Positions 37,771 through 45,098 of a DNA stretch of 51,166 nucleotides are shown here, piece by piece. Position numbers and translations under genes: made by a program. Source of the stretch: a virus (Duplodnaviria > Heunggongvirae > Uroviricota > Caudoviricetes); the IMG/VR virus record IMGVR_UViG_3300044638_003984; one strand, 5' to 3'. How positions within the stretch are numbered: position 1 is the stretch's first letter; each line of letters opens with the position of its first letter. The notes under the pieces are model-generated. The model made no database searches, was not told the DNA's origin, and saw nothing but the letters and a program-made list of their open reading frames with translations.

Positions 37771-38790
37771 CTAGAAAATAGGAATTGTTGTGAAATAAGA
37801 CTTATCTCTATTAAATCTCAAACCAAATCCAGCTAATGCTGGTCTAGTGGTTTTAATCTTCACAGAACCAGTTTTTCCTTTTGTTAGAGGGAAAGCTACA
37901 TCTAGAGTCAGAGCAGTTTGTCCCTTTGCAGGAAGAGTTACTTTATCGGTATGAACAACATTACCTAGATTATCATAAAAATTAAATCCTACTTCTTGTG
38001 GATAATTTAAATAATTCACTAGAGCAAGACCAGTTGAGAACGACCCATAATTATCATATGGCATGGTAAATGAATCACGGTTTGGAATTGAACTCGGAAC
38101 AGTTCCTTCGAATACAGAATTTGAATATGTTGCTTGTGCAACAACACCAGAACCATATACAGTCTTAATATCCAAAGAACCTGTCTTCAGTGTAACTGTA
38201 TCTGACATAACAACATCAGTAGATCCGTTTCCGGGAACAACCACAGAATATTCTGACATATAATTTCCATTAACAAAGAATGGCGAATTTGTTCCAGAAG
38301 GATCATAAAATTTCAAAGTAACTAAACTAATCCAATTAGATGTGTTAGTTAGTCTTACAGTTGTTGTCCATCCACCACCAGATGCGATATGTGGAATCGT
38401 AGGATCTGTTGAAGTAGTAAATGTTCTCGAATCGATTACTGTAAGATTAATACCAACAGAAACAGAAAGTGATGGAACATTTTGTGTAAACGAGACGGGA
38501 ATACTGTATGTTCCTACAGATAAACCATTATTTACAATAGACATCTTTACAATCTGATTTGTTCCTGGTGGAAGAAATCCTTGTACTGGCCAAACAAGAA
38601 CAGCTTGCTGGTTAGATGGAACGATTGTAGTAAATGCGAATGAACTCGCATTTGTTGAAATCGTTACATCAGGTACAGCAACAATCGAATCTGTTGCTAA
38701 ATCAAAAGTCACATTCACGCTTGACGGCGACAGAGTGGGTTGTGCTAAGATCAACCCAATACTAAAAATACTTGTTAAAAAAAACTTCAT
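37771..38790 (-). CDS. Secreted beta-sandwich protein (Ig/BACON-like domain plus a C-terminal domain of a type recalled from Acidobacteriota)
   Basis: Signal peptide MKFFLTSIFSIGLILAQ; PHIASGGGWTTTVRLTN; C-terminal ALAGFGLRFN...FTTIP. Confidence 0.65.
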   Translation of the reverse strand: MKFFLTSIFSIGLILAQPTLSPSSVNVTFDLATDSIVAVPDVTISTNASSFAFTTIVPSNQQAVLVWPVQGFLPPGTNQIVKMSIVNNGLSVGTYSIPVSFTQNVPSLSVSVGINLTVIDSRTFTTSTDPTIPHIASGGGWTTTVRLTNTSNWISLVTLKFYDPSGTNSPFFVNGNYMSEYSVVVPGNGSTDVVMSDTVTLKTGSLDIKTVYGSGVVAQATYSNSVFEGTVPSSIPNRDSFTMPYDNYGSFSTGLALVNYLNYPQEVGFNFYDNLGNVVHTDKVTLPAKGQTALTLDVAFPLTKGKTGSVKIKTTRPALAGFGLRFNRDKSYFTTIPIF

Positions 38791-38978
38791 TTTTTCTCCT
38801 TATAATCATTCACATAAAATCCAGACCCATTAAATTTAATACCGCAGGTACTTGGAATTTTTTTTACAGAACACTCAGGATTCTCACATCCCGGATAACC
38901 AGTAATATCTTGATCCATTTTCAAGATTATCTCGAATTCTTTATTGCATACTTGACACTTAAAATCATAAATTGGCAT
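38787..38978 (-). CDS. FmdB-family zinc-ribbon protein
   Basis: MPIYDFKCQVC...FE...C...C...K..S..GIKFNGSGFY.ND. Confidence 0.85.
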   Translation of the reverse strand: MPIYDFKCQVCNKEFEIILKMDQDITGYPGCENPECSVKKIPSTCGIKFNGSGFYVNDYKEKK

Positions 38979-39357
38979 CTTGTTTTCCTTTCAAATATCT
39001 TTCAATATTTAAGTAAGAAATATAATGTCGTTTTGGATTTCTTGTTCCATAATGTTCTGCGATAAGATCACACATTCGTTCAGAACCAACAGGATTTAAA
39101 GAATGTACTATACAGACATCAATAGGCCAGCGATTATTCTCTTTCATCCACAGAACGAAATCATACCCAGTTTTATTAGGAGATACATATGTCTCATCTT
39201 CATTATGGACATAATGATCTTCTGCTAGATCATGGTCTAACCAAGCTTCTTGAATCTCATTCTCTTGCATAATCTTTACTGCTTCATCATAATTCTTGGC
39301 AATCTTCCATTCACCAATGAATGGACAAGGACGAACATCATCTAACCAAAGTTTCAT
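38965..39357 (-). CDS. Cyclic-phosphate-processing receiver domain protein
   Basis: KLWLDDVRP, WLDHDL, KTGYDFV.W and VHS.NPVG motifs. The start is moved to the ATG at 39357, which overlaps the upstream stop as ATGA. Confidence 0.75.
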   Translation of the reverse strand: MKLWLDDVRPCPFIGEWKIAKNYDEAVKIMQENEIQEAWLDHDLAEDHYVHNEDETYVSPNKTGYDFVLWMKENNRWPIDVCIVHSLNPVGSERMCDLIAEHYGTRNPKRHYISYLNIERYLKGKQDANL

Positions 39358-39614
39358 ACATACTCTTTCTTTAAAACAGAACCACAATGTTCGCATTTCG
39401 TATAATTAACGAACGTTATATATTCTAAAGCATGATATGGACTTAATGTATAGTTCTGTGGTGATAATCTCTTCTTAACACCCTTCGAATCAATTCGATA
39501 TGGAACATAATTCATAACCAATGAACCATAATCATCATTATAGGATTCGTTTAGAATCAAATAAGTTACTTCTTCACCATCTTCAATTCTAGTTTTTCTG
39601 TTTGTTTCTTCCAT
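39354..39614 (-). CDS. Hypothetical protein with a C-terminal CxxC
   Basis: 86-aa ORF overlapping its neighbours by a few nucleotides. Confidence 0.6.
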   Translation of the reverse strand: MEETNRKTRIEDGEEVTYLILNESYNDDYGSLVMNYVPYRIDSKGVKKRLSPQNYTLSPYHALEYITFVNYTKCEHCGSVLKKEYV

Positions 39615-40023
39615 ATAATATATATAACCTATTATCCATTATAGCTTGTTTTTCAGTTAAAGTCAATTTCTTGAGAAACTTCTTGATCGTATCTTCCGTT
39701 CCACCTTTTCGATCTTCAGCAACAATAGCAATCAAAATATCAGAATCTCTAGCAATAAGTGTATTGCGTGCATATGCAATCTTAGCATATGCTGCTTTGT
39801 ATGGAATGTGTGGATCTAGATCTTGTGTATTTGGATAATGTACTATAATTGATATCGAAAAATCTTTCGCAATAATCTCTGCAAATGAATCGGCACCATA
39901 TTTACAACCACCAGAAACGAATTGATCCTCTTCTCCTATTTCTATATTTGTTAGAAGATTGTAGAGCTTTATGAGATCTTCCTTCGTATTTCTTTTTCTT
40001 GAACCAATAATTCCAATATTCAT
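39589..40023 (-). CDS. SLOG superfamily protein (DprA/YspA/DUF2493-like)
   Basis: IGIIGSR, VSGGC.YGAD..AE, RN..IA.DSD.LIA and GGT..TI motifs. The start is placed at MNIGIIG. Confidence 0.75.
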   Translation of the reverse strand: MNIGIIGSRKRNTKEDLIKLYNLLTNIEIGEEDQFVSGGCKYGADSFAEIIAKDFSISIIVHYPNTQDLDPHIPYKAAYAKIAYARNTLIARDSDILIAIVAEDRKGGTEDTIKKFLKKLTLTEKQAIMDNRLYILYGRNKQKN

Positions 40024-40122
40024 AAAATTAATGTCCCGTGATTGAAATGGCTCACGGGACAAGAAGCCTCAACGTTACATAGTAACAAGCAACCTGTTGG
40101 TATTACCCAACATTACTATTAT

Positions 40123-40341
40123 TTAACCATTACTGATGAAGTCGTTCAACTTCTCCGCTTCAGCAATAATCTGCTCTGTAGTTGGCAAATTAGGAAGATT
40201 GGGATAATCAATGATCTTTCCTTCACGATTTGAATGATACTCATCAATCAGAGCTTCTCTTGTTTGCATGACTGGAACTTCCAGTACATCCTTGGCCAAC
40301 TTCAATACTTCTAAACGAACTTCATATGGCGTCATTCCCAT
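40123..40341 (-). CDS. Conserved T4-like phage hypothetical protein
   Basis: TPYEVRLEVLKLAKD...PTTEQIIAEAEKLN.FIS; AAGGAG RBS before the ATG at 40341. Confidence 0.75.
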   Translation of the reverse strand: MGMTPYEVRLEVLKLAKDVLEVPVMQTREALIDEYHSNREGKIIDYPNLPNLPTTEQIIAEAEKLNDFISNG

Positions 40342-40469
40342 ATATTCTCCTTGTGTGTTTTTTTGTGTGTTTGAGATTGTCATAAACATCATTAGAAGTT
40401 ATCTAGAAATTTCTAATTCTGTCTATTCGTGGTAGCCAATCTCCTGCATACTTTTTAGACTTCTGTACG

Positions 40470-40540
40470 AATTATGGCCTGGATTCGAACCAAGAACTCC
40501 GGAGTTGCCGTCCGGCGTTTTTCCGTTAAACTAACATTAT
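40470..40540 (-). pseudogene. Degenerate tRNA-Cys(GCA)-like sequence
   Basis: D arm, a perfect CCGGA/TCCGG anticodon stem, TTCGAAT T-loop and U discriminator are present. The loop is CG-GCA-AC (G33), the acceptor stem has two mismatches, and there is no CCA. Confidence 0.6.
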
Positions 40541-40562
40541 TGTACACATCAACCACAATCTT

Positions 40563-40638
40563 TGGAGCTACGAGTCAGAATTGAACTGACAACCTCACGC
40601 TTACAAGGCGTGCGCTCTACCAGTTGAGCTATCATAGC
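40563..40638 (-). tRNA. trnT: tRNA-Thr(UGU)
   Basis: GCTATGATAGCTCAACTGGTAGAGCGCACGCCTTGTAAGCGTGAGGTTGTCAGTTCAATTCTGACTCGTAGCTCCA; full cloverleaf with CCA. Confidence 0.95.
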
Positions 40639-40639
40639 A

Positions 40640-40807
40640 TTATTTTTTCTTTCTCTTACAAGAACAATCACATAAACATTTCTTCACACATGGACATTTA
40701 TCTACACAACATCCATGCGGAGTACAAAACTTTGGAATATTTGCATTCGATACATTAATCGAACACAATACAAAGGCAATTAAGATTGTATTTAAAATAA
40801 TTCTCAT
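40640..40807 (-). CDS. Secreted cysteine-rich peptide (55 aa; absent from the ORF track)
   Basis: Hand translation MRIILNTILIAFVLCSINVSNANIPKFCTPHGCCVDKCPCVKKCLCDCSCKRKKK; GGAG RBS 5 nt upstream of the ATG. Confidence 0.75.
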   Translation of the reverse strand: MRIILNTILIAFVLCSINVSNANIPKFCTPHGCCVDKCPCVKKCLCDCSCKRKKK

Positions 40808-40905
40808 ATCACTCCATTAACTTGTTTGTGGATCTTTTAAGTCGTTGAGTTACGATTATCTCCTTACCCTGGGTGACTAGTGCCAGGAGCCTCATCTTGA
40901 ATAGT

Positions 40906-40913
40906 TATTTATA
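40906..40913 (-). promoter_or_regulatory. T4-type late promoter TATAAATA upstream of the Cys-peptide/tRNA-Thr unit
   Basis: Perfect consensus immediately after the stop codon of the 40916-41158 gene. Confidence 0.7.
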
Positions 40914-40915
40914 TC

Positions 40916-41158
40916 TTAAATTTTCTCCAGTTTAAATTCGGCTTTACCCAAAATATCAGCCCAGGTGTTATGATACGCAATGGCATGTTTGGTAGCAGCA
41001 GGGTTATGCTCGCTCTTGTTGGAAGTCATCCATTCCAATACCCAACGTAGATGACTAATTTGGGCTTCTTTCACAGTAGCTTCCCAAGTGTTTTGGCTGA
41101 GCTCAGCTATGTCTGCATCTGAGTCAATTTCTACATCAATTATGATTCGGTATTTCAT
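40916..41158 (-). CDS. Hypothetical protein
   Basis: 80-aa ORF abutting the ligase gene. Confidence 0.65.
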   Translation of the reverse strand: MKYRIIIDVEIDSDADIAELSQNTWEATVKEAQISHLRWVLEWMTSNKSEHNPAATKHAIAYHNTWADILGKAEFKLEKI

Positions 41159-41160
41159 AA

Positions 41161-42471
41161 TTAGATCTTTTCTCCGTCACCAAATCCACGCCATGTAATG
41201 AACCGTGGAAAGCGAAGCGAATAAGTACCATCTTGATTCTGGGTAATGGCATCCGCACGAATTTCGGCTACCTTACCGATTACATCTTTACTAGACCAAA
41301 TCTCGGATCGCTGTTCATCACTGAATCCGGAACCAACATTCACTCGAATGTTCTTACCAGATTCAACTCCCTCACAAACAATTGCTCCGAGAGAACCAGC
41401 ATTCTTACCAGTTCCTTCTTCAATATCAACCACTTCAAGAGAAACATCGATGAACGGCTTCAACTTCAACCAAGAAGCGGATCGCTTGCATTCATAAGGA
41501 GCGGAAGGATCTTTGATCATGATTCCTTCATAACCACCTTCGATAGCTTTCTCGTTCATCTCACGGAAGATCTCACGACCAGTTGTCGTATTGAGATCTA
41601 CGATCTGATTTGAAAGAATCTTGATATTAGGAGTATGTTCTTGTACAAGATCGTACCAGATAGAAAGCGATTCGCTGCGAATTTCCTGAGAGACATCACA
41701 ACGACCAGCAATAAATTCTTGCATAGGAATCATATCAAAGAGATGTAATACAGCATCATCAGTTTGAACATTTTCTTTACGATTCAACTGCTTCATTAGA
41801 TCCTGGAATTTCGCAGACATAATTTCGCCATCAAATACCCAAGGATCAGAAAAGAACGAAGAAATACCAACAAACTGTTCACGAATCTTTGGAAAATTAT
41901 CTAGTTCTTTTCCATTACGTGAAAACTGGACGACACGACCATCAGGATAAACAAACGTCAAGACACGGACGCCATCTAACTTCACTTCCAACATCTTGGT
42001 CCCAGTCATCTTTGTTTGCTGATCTATAGAATCCTGAGCAAGCTGACAAGAGAAAGTTGGAACGATATACTTATCGGATGCCGACATATTCTTCACAACT
42101 TTATTCACAGTCTTCTCAGAGACGCCACAACGAAGATCTTTGGTCAAGATCAAACGATACCAATTATTCCATTCGTCTTCCGTAGCCATGGACATGAGAC
42201 GAACAATCTCTTGTTTCGCAGCATTACCAGTAAGCTTGCGATTTAAAAGCTTGGAAAGAAGTCCAGCAAATTCGGACCAAGGAAGACCGGATCCATTTCC
42301 AGTCTTCTCTGGAATCTGTTTAACACCGAAAGTCATCATACCATCTAAGGCATAACGAATTCCATAAAAGAGAATATCATTCTTATCACGTGCCTCTCGT
42401 TCAAGAATTGCTTCCTTACCAAGACGAGAGTTATCGGATTGCAAAGCACGAATGACTTTAGACGGAACCAT
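41161..42471 (-). CDS. lig: ATP-dependent DNA ligase (T4 gp30-like)
   Basis: EVKLDGVR (KxDG), FDGEI, LFD, EGIMIKD, KRSASWLKLK, NVGSGFSD and SLRFPRF motifs. Confidence 0.95.
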   Translation of the reverse strand: MVPSKVIRALQSDNSRLGKEAILEREARDKNDILFYGIRYALDGMMTFGVKQIPEKTGNGSGLPWSEFAGLLSKLLNRKLTGNAAKQEIVRLMSMATEDEWNNWYRLILTKDLRCGVSEKTVNKVVKNMSASDKYIVPTFSCQLAQDSIDQQTKMTGTKMLEVKLDGVRVLTFVYPDGRVVQFSRNGKELDNFPKIREQFVGISSFFSDPWVFDGEIMSAKFQDLMKQLNRKENVQTDDAVLHLFDMIPMQEFIAGRCDVSQEIRSESLSIWYDLVQEHTPNIKILSNQIVDLNTTTGREIFREMNEKAIEGGYEGIMIKDPSAPYECKRSASWLKLKPFIDVSLEVVDIEEGTGKNAGSLGAIVCEGVESGKNIRVNVGSGFSDEQRSEIWSSKDVIGKVAEIRADAITQNQDGTYSLRFPRFITWRGFGDGEKI

Positions 42472-42519
42472 TAAATAATCTCCTTAATTTCTTCGAAGTA
42501 CGAGCTTGAAAAGTCAATA

Positions 42520-42834
42520 CTACCAGTGAAAAAGACCCCTCTTTTTTTCACCATTTGCATAAACTATCAAAACGTCTCCATCTTCAGCAAATTCAAGAGG
42601 ATCACCCCAAAGAGACGGGACATCATCGCCAAGATCATCAGACCACTTGCTGGACCAGCGATCACCGCAACAAGGGCAGTCAACGCCAGAATCACAACCA
42701 TCGAAATAAACACCATCTACTTCTAAAACACGCTTGTTCGCATCTTCGGCGTTTTCCGCCTCAACAACAACAACTTTTGCTGGAGGATCATCAACACCGA
42801 AAGAATTGTTTTGTTTAAAGTTAAAGAATTTCAT
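42520..42834 (-). CDS. Conserved phage hypothetical protein (DCPCCGDRW motif), probably leaderless
   Basis: F.QNNSFG...YFDGC..G.DCPCCGDRW. The ATG lies 6 nt after a TATAAT box, so the longer ORF-track start only reads through the promoter. Confidence 0.8.
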   Translation of the reverse strand: MKFFNFKQNNSFGVDDPPAKVVVVEAENAEDANKRVLEVDGVYFDGCDSGVDCPCCGDRWSSKWSDDLGDDVPSLWGDPLEFAEDGDVLIVYANGEKKRGLFHW

Positions 42835-42840
42835 ACTTTC

Positions 42841-42869
42841 ATTATACCTTTTCTGGGTTTGGTTGTCAA
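42841..42869 (-). promoter_or_regulatory. Early sigma70 promoter TTGACA-N17-TATAAT
   Basis: Perfect consensus, followed by GAAAGT-ATG. Confidence 0.9.
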
Positions 42870-42900
42870 GCATTTTGAGAAAAATATATTCCCTTTGTTT

Positions 42901-43095
42901 TCAGTAGTTTAGCGATCGAGCTTCGACAAGAAGGCTCGTTGCTCCATCTGTAGTTCGTAGTTCGCATACGCAATTTTGTGGGCGCAACGACAGGTCGGCA
43001 GTTTGACGTTCATACAAGCGAATTAAAGCACGGCGGACACAACGTTCGTCATTCGCAAGTTTCTGGCGAATAGCTTCTTCTGTGTACGTTTCCAT
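42901..43095 (-). CDS. Hypothetical protein, possibly a truncated member of a phage family (V.RAL.RLYERQTAD)
   Basis: Leaderless ATG after its own promoter; the C-terminal half looks non-conserved. Confidence 0.5.
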   Translation of the reverse strand: METYTEEAIRQKLANDERCVRRALIRLYERQTADLSLRPQNCVCELRTTDGATSLLVEARSLNY

Positions 43096-43101
43096 ACTTT
43101 C

Positions 43102-43130
43102 ATTGTACCGTGTTCAGATTGAAGTGTCAA
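43102..43130 (-). promoter_or_regulatory. Early sigma70 promoter TTGACA-N17-TACAAT
   Basis: Followed by the same GAAAGT-ATG as the 42841 promoter. Confidence 0.85.
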
Positions 43131-43209
43131 GGAATTTTGGAAATTTATATTCCGTTTATTTTCAATGACTTGACTACCACTCCTTGCGCCCTACACATTC
43201 CCCAATCTA

Positions 43210-43467
43210 TTAACGATTAGATTTCCTAATAACTTTAAGATCTTTGACATTGAATAATTTCGTATTCATAATTCCTTGATTGACAAGTTTCAATCGAACG
43301 TAGTGAAATTGTAGGATTTTGCAATCATAATCAAAACCTCGAACATAACAGATTTTCTCTACAATACCAACAGAGTCTTCTTTCTTTGTGCCATCATTCA
43401 GAGTGATCTTAGTTCGAACAACATCTCCAATTTTGATATTCATGTTAGCTCTAAGATTCGTTTCCAT
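43210..43467 (-). CDS. Hypothetical SH3/KOW-like small protein
   Basis: IKIGDVVR motif; the start may be the ATG at 43443. Confidence 0.55.
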   Translation of the reverse strand: METNLRANMNIKIGDVVRTKITLNDGTKKEDSVGIVEKICYVRGFDYDCKILQFHYVRLKLVNQGIMNTKLFNVKDLKVIRKSNR

Positions 43468-43676
43468 ATGGTTCGTCTTGTATGTTGATCTGTATTTGTT
43501 GTTTCGAAAAAAATATTATTGAGTTGAGTCATATGTTCGAAACATAAATCAACAGTTGCGTGAATAATTCTACCATCGATCTGATCGACATGTGGAATTG
43601 TGATTCGTTTTGCTTCTCTTTTTCTAGCTTCTATTTTTGGACAAACATCACAAGCATAAATCTTAATTTCAGCCAT
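43440..43676 (-). CDS. Hypothetical protein with a CxxC and a distal C-x-x-H
   Basis: CDVC...DLCFEH; GAGG RBS upstream. Confidence 0.6.
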   Translation of the reverse strand: MAEIKIYACDVCPKIEARKREAKRITIPHVDQIDGRIIHATVDLCFEHMTQLNNIFFETTNTDQHTRRTIWKRILELT

Positions 43677-43690
43677 ACGACCTCAAATTT

Positions 43691-43767
43691 TGGTAGCTGC
43701 GGTGGGATTCGAACCCACACTTTACGGATTTTAAGTCCGTTGCCTCTGCCGATTGGACTACGCAGCC
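43691..43767 (-). tRNA. trnL: tRNA-Leu(UAA) with a short variable loop
   Basis: GGCTGCGTAGTCCAATCGGCAGAGGCAACGGACTTAAAATCCGTAAAGTGTGGGTTCGAATCCCACCGCAGCTACCA. Confidence 0.9.
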
Positions 43768-43773
43768 ATTTAT

Positions 43774-43809
43774 GGAATAACGACTAATCTGTAAACTAGT
43801 CGTTATTCC
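43774..43809. repeat. 13-bp perfect inverted repeat between tRNA genes
   Basis: GGAATAACGACTA-N10-TAGTCGTTATTCC. Confidence 0.8.
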
Positions 43810-43814
43810 CGATG

Positions 43815-43889
43815 TGGTCCCACTAGGACTTGAACCTAGAACCCTCCCGTTATGAGCGGGACGCTACTAACCAATTGAGCTATGGGACC
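43815..43889 (-). tRNA. tRNA with CAU anticodon (probably Ile2/lysidine type, otherwise Met); no encoded CCA
   Basis: GGTCCCATAGCTCAATTGGTTAGTAGCGTCCCGCTCATAACGGGAGGGTTCTAGGTTCAAGTCCTAGTGGGACCA; C4-G69 and C5-G68 pairs match TilS determinants. Confidence 0.85.
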
Positions 43890-43898
43890 GAATTATTT

Positions 43899-43985
43899 TG
43901 GTGGGGATGGAGGGAATCGAACCCTCACGCCCTTGCGGGCACTGGAACCTAAATCCAGGGCGTCTGCCAATTTCGCCACATCCCC
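43899..43985 (-). tRNA. trnL: tRNA-Leu(UAG)
   Basis: Class II cloverleaf with a CTGGA-TTTAGGT-TCCAG anticodon arm, a GCAA-capped variable arm and CCA. Confidence 0.95.
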
Positions 43986-44009
43986 AATATATTTACTTAT
44001 ACAATATTT

Positions 44010-44134
44010 TGGTATCGGGAGATGGAATTGAACCATCTCAAGTCTATTCATCTAATTAGTTATCCTAGGTTCTGACTTCAACCCTTCGACGCCACGGAAG
44101 TTAGCCGCCGCTCTATCCAATGAGCTATCCCGAA
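44010..44134 (-). ncRNA. 125-nt tRNA-like RNA with about 49 extra nt between the D arm and the T arm
   Basis: Acceptor stem TTCGGGA/TCCCGAT, D arm GCTC-ATTGGATA-GAGC, T arm GATGG-TTCAATT-CCATC, and an ACCA end; the middle segment is 71 nt. Confidence 0.75.
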
Positions 44135-44150
44135 ATATACAATAGCTTTC

Positions 44151-44552
44151 TCAAATTGTTTTGAATTCAAGAACTCGTCCGTTATCAGTAATTATAACAT
44201 ACAATTCTTTGACGTTTCTAGTAGTGATGGATTTAATGTAAATATTTGCTTCAAAATTACCAAGTTGGATAATATCTTCTGTGTTGTTATTCTCGTTACA
44301 CCAAACCTGATGAGCTAAAATTTTCTTATTTTTCTTTTGTTCCTCGAGCCAATTGAAACACAACAGAAAAAATTCATGTCTAGTCTCTGTGTTATTAACT
44401 ACACGTCCATGTCTCTTAAACCATTCGCGAATCACATCTTGTAATTCATATACTATCCATTTTTGTTTCTTTGGTTTGGCGATTACATCCAATGAGTTGA
44501 GTAGTAGATATCGTCTTGTCATAAATTCTATATTCTCGAGAATCTCTACCAA
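44151..44552 (-). CDS. Hypothetical protein
   Basis: 133-aa ORF; the start is uncertain (TTG at 44552 or ATG at 44522). Confidence 0.55.
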   Translation of the reverse strand: MVEILENIEFMTRRYLLLNSLDVIAKPKKQKWIVYELQDVIREWFKRHGRVVNNTETRHEFFLLCFNWLEEQKKNKKILAHQVWCNENNNTEDIIQLGNFEANIYIKSITTRNVKELYVIITDNGRVLEFKTI

Positions 44553-44684
44553 TCAATATTGGTATTGTATTTGTCAGCCGGAAACAATCCCTTTTTGTGC
44601 AAGTCATTTGCAACAGTTTGGATGTCTGGATAAAAAAATAAGGTCTACCATAAGTATTCTCAACCAGTTCGAATGTTCATAATA

Positions 44685-44972
44685 TTAACGTTCTGTAATA
44701 GTTACAGTTCCTTCAAACAAACCATATGTAGATTTTTCGTGAAAAATATGAGTCTTAGGCTTTTCTCCTGCTTCACGCTTTCTAGTCAAAATCCAAAGGT
44801 TTGCACTACTAGTTGCACCGCCGACACTTTTCCAAGTAATATTTTCTAATACTTCGCCAGGAGGCAGATCGATCTTCATATCACCACCAAATTGATTAGT
44901 GTGTGAATTTTCTGTACAACCTGTCAACAAACATGACGCCAAAATAATACTACAAAGAATCGTACTTTTCAT
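44685..44972 (-). CDS. Conserved phage lipoprotein
   Basis: Lipobox-like LLTGC; FGG.M.I.LPPGE.L.NITWK...LW.LTR....E.P....F.EKS.YGLFEGTV.I.E. Confidence 0.75.
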   Translation of the reverse strand: MKSTILCSIILASCLLTGCTENSHTNQFGGDMKIDLPPGEVLENITWKSVGGATSSANLWILTRKREAGEKPKTHIFHEKSTYGLFEGTVTITER

Positions 44973-44975
44973 AAA

Positions 44976-45098
44976 TTACACTTCTTTCGAAATCAAGACA
45001 AAGAACTCGTCGTCCTGGTCAACAATCTCCCAACCAGCATCGAATAGTTTCTTGTCGAAATCATTTGCATGAATCCACTTCTGAATCGTTCTTACCAT
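44976..45098 (-). CDS. Small hypothetical protein (40 aa; absent from the ORF track)
   Basis: MVRTIQKWIHANDFDKKLFDAGWEIVDQDDEFFVLISKEV; it fills the gap exactly, and its start overlaps the upstream stop. Confidence 0.6.
   Translation of the reverse strand: MVRTIQKWIHANDFDKKLFDAGWEIVDQDDEFFVLISKEV

Noticed and set aside
43774-43809. CTGTAAA in the hairpin loop as a tRNA-Tyr anticodon remnant
   Set aside because: It lies on the non-transcribed strand relative to the flanking tRNAs and has no other tRNA arms.
44010-44134. tmRNA or intron-containing tRNA
   Set aside because: It is too short, has a D stem and no G3-U70 pair or tag frame. Excising one segment does not rebuild an anticodon stem, and no group I core is present.
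44555-44682. Possible doubly frameshifted small gene (ELVENTYGRPY / YPDIQTVANDLHKKG) around a T7 run
   Set aside because: It needs two frame changes and has no recognisable homologue, so it cannot be supported without a search.
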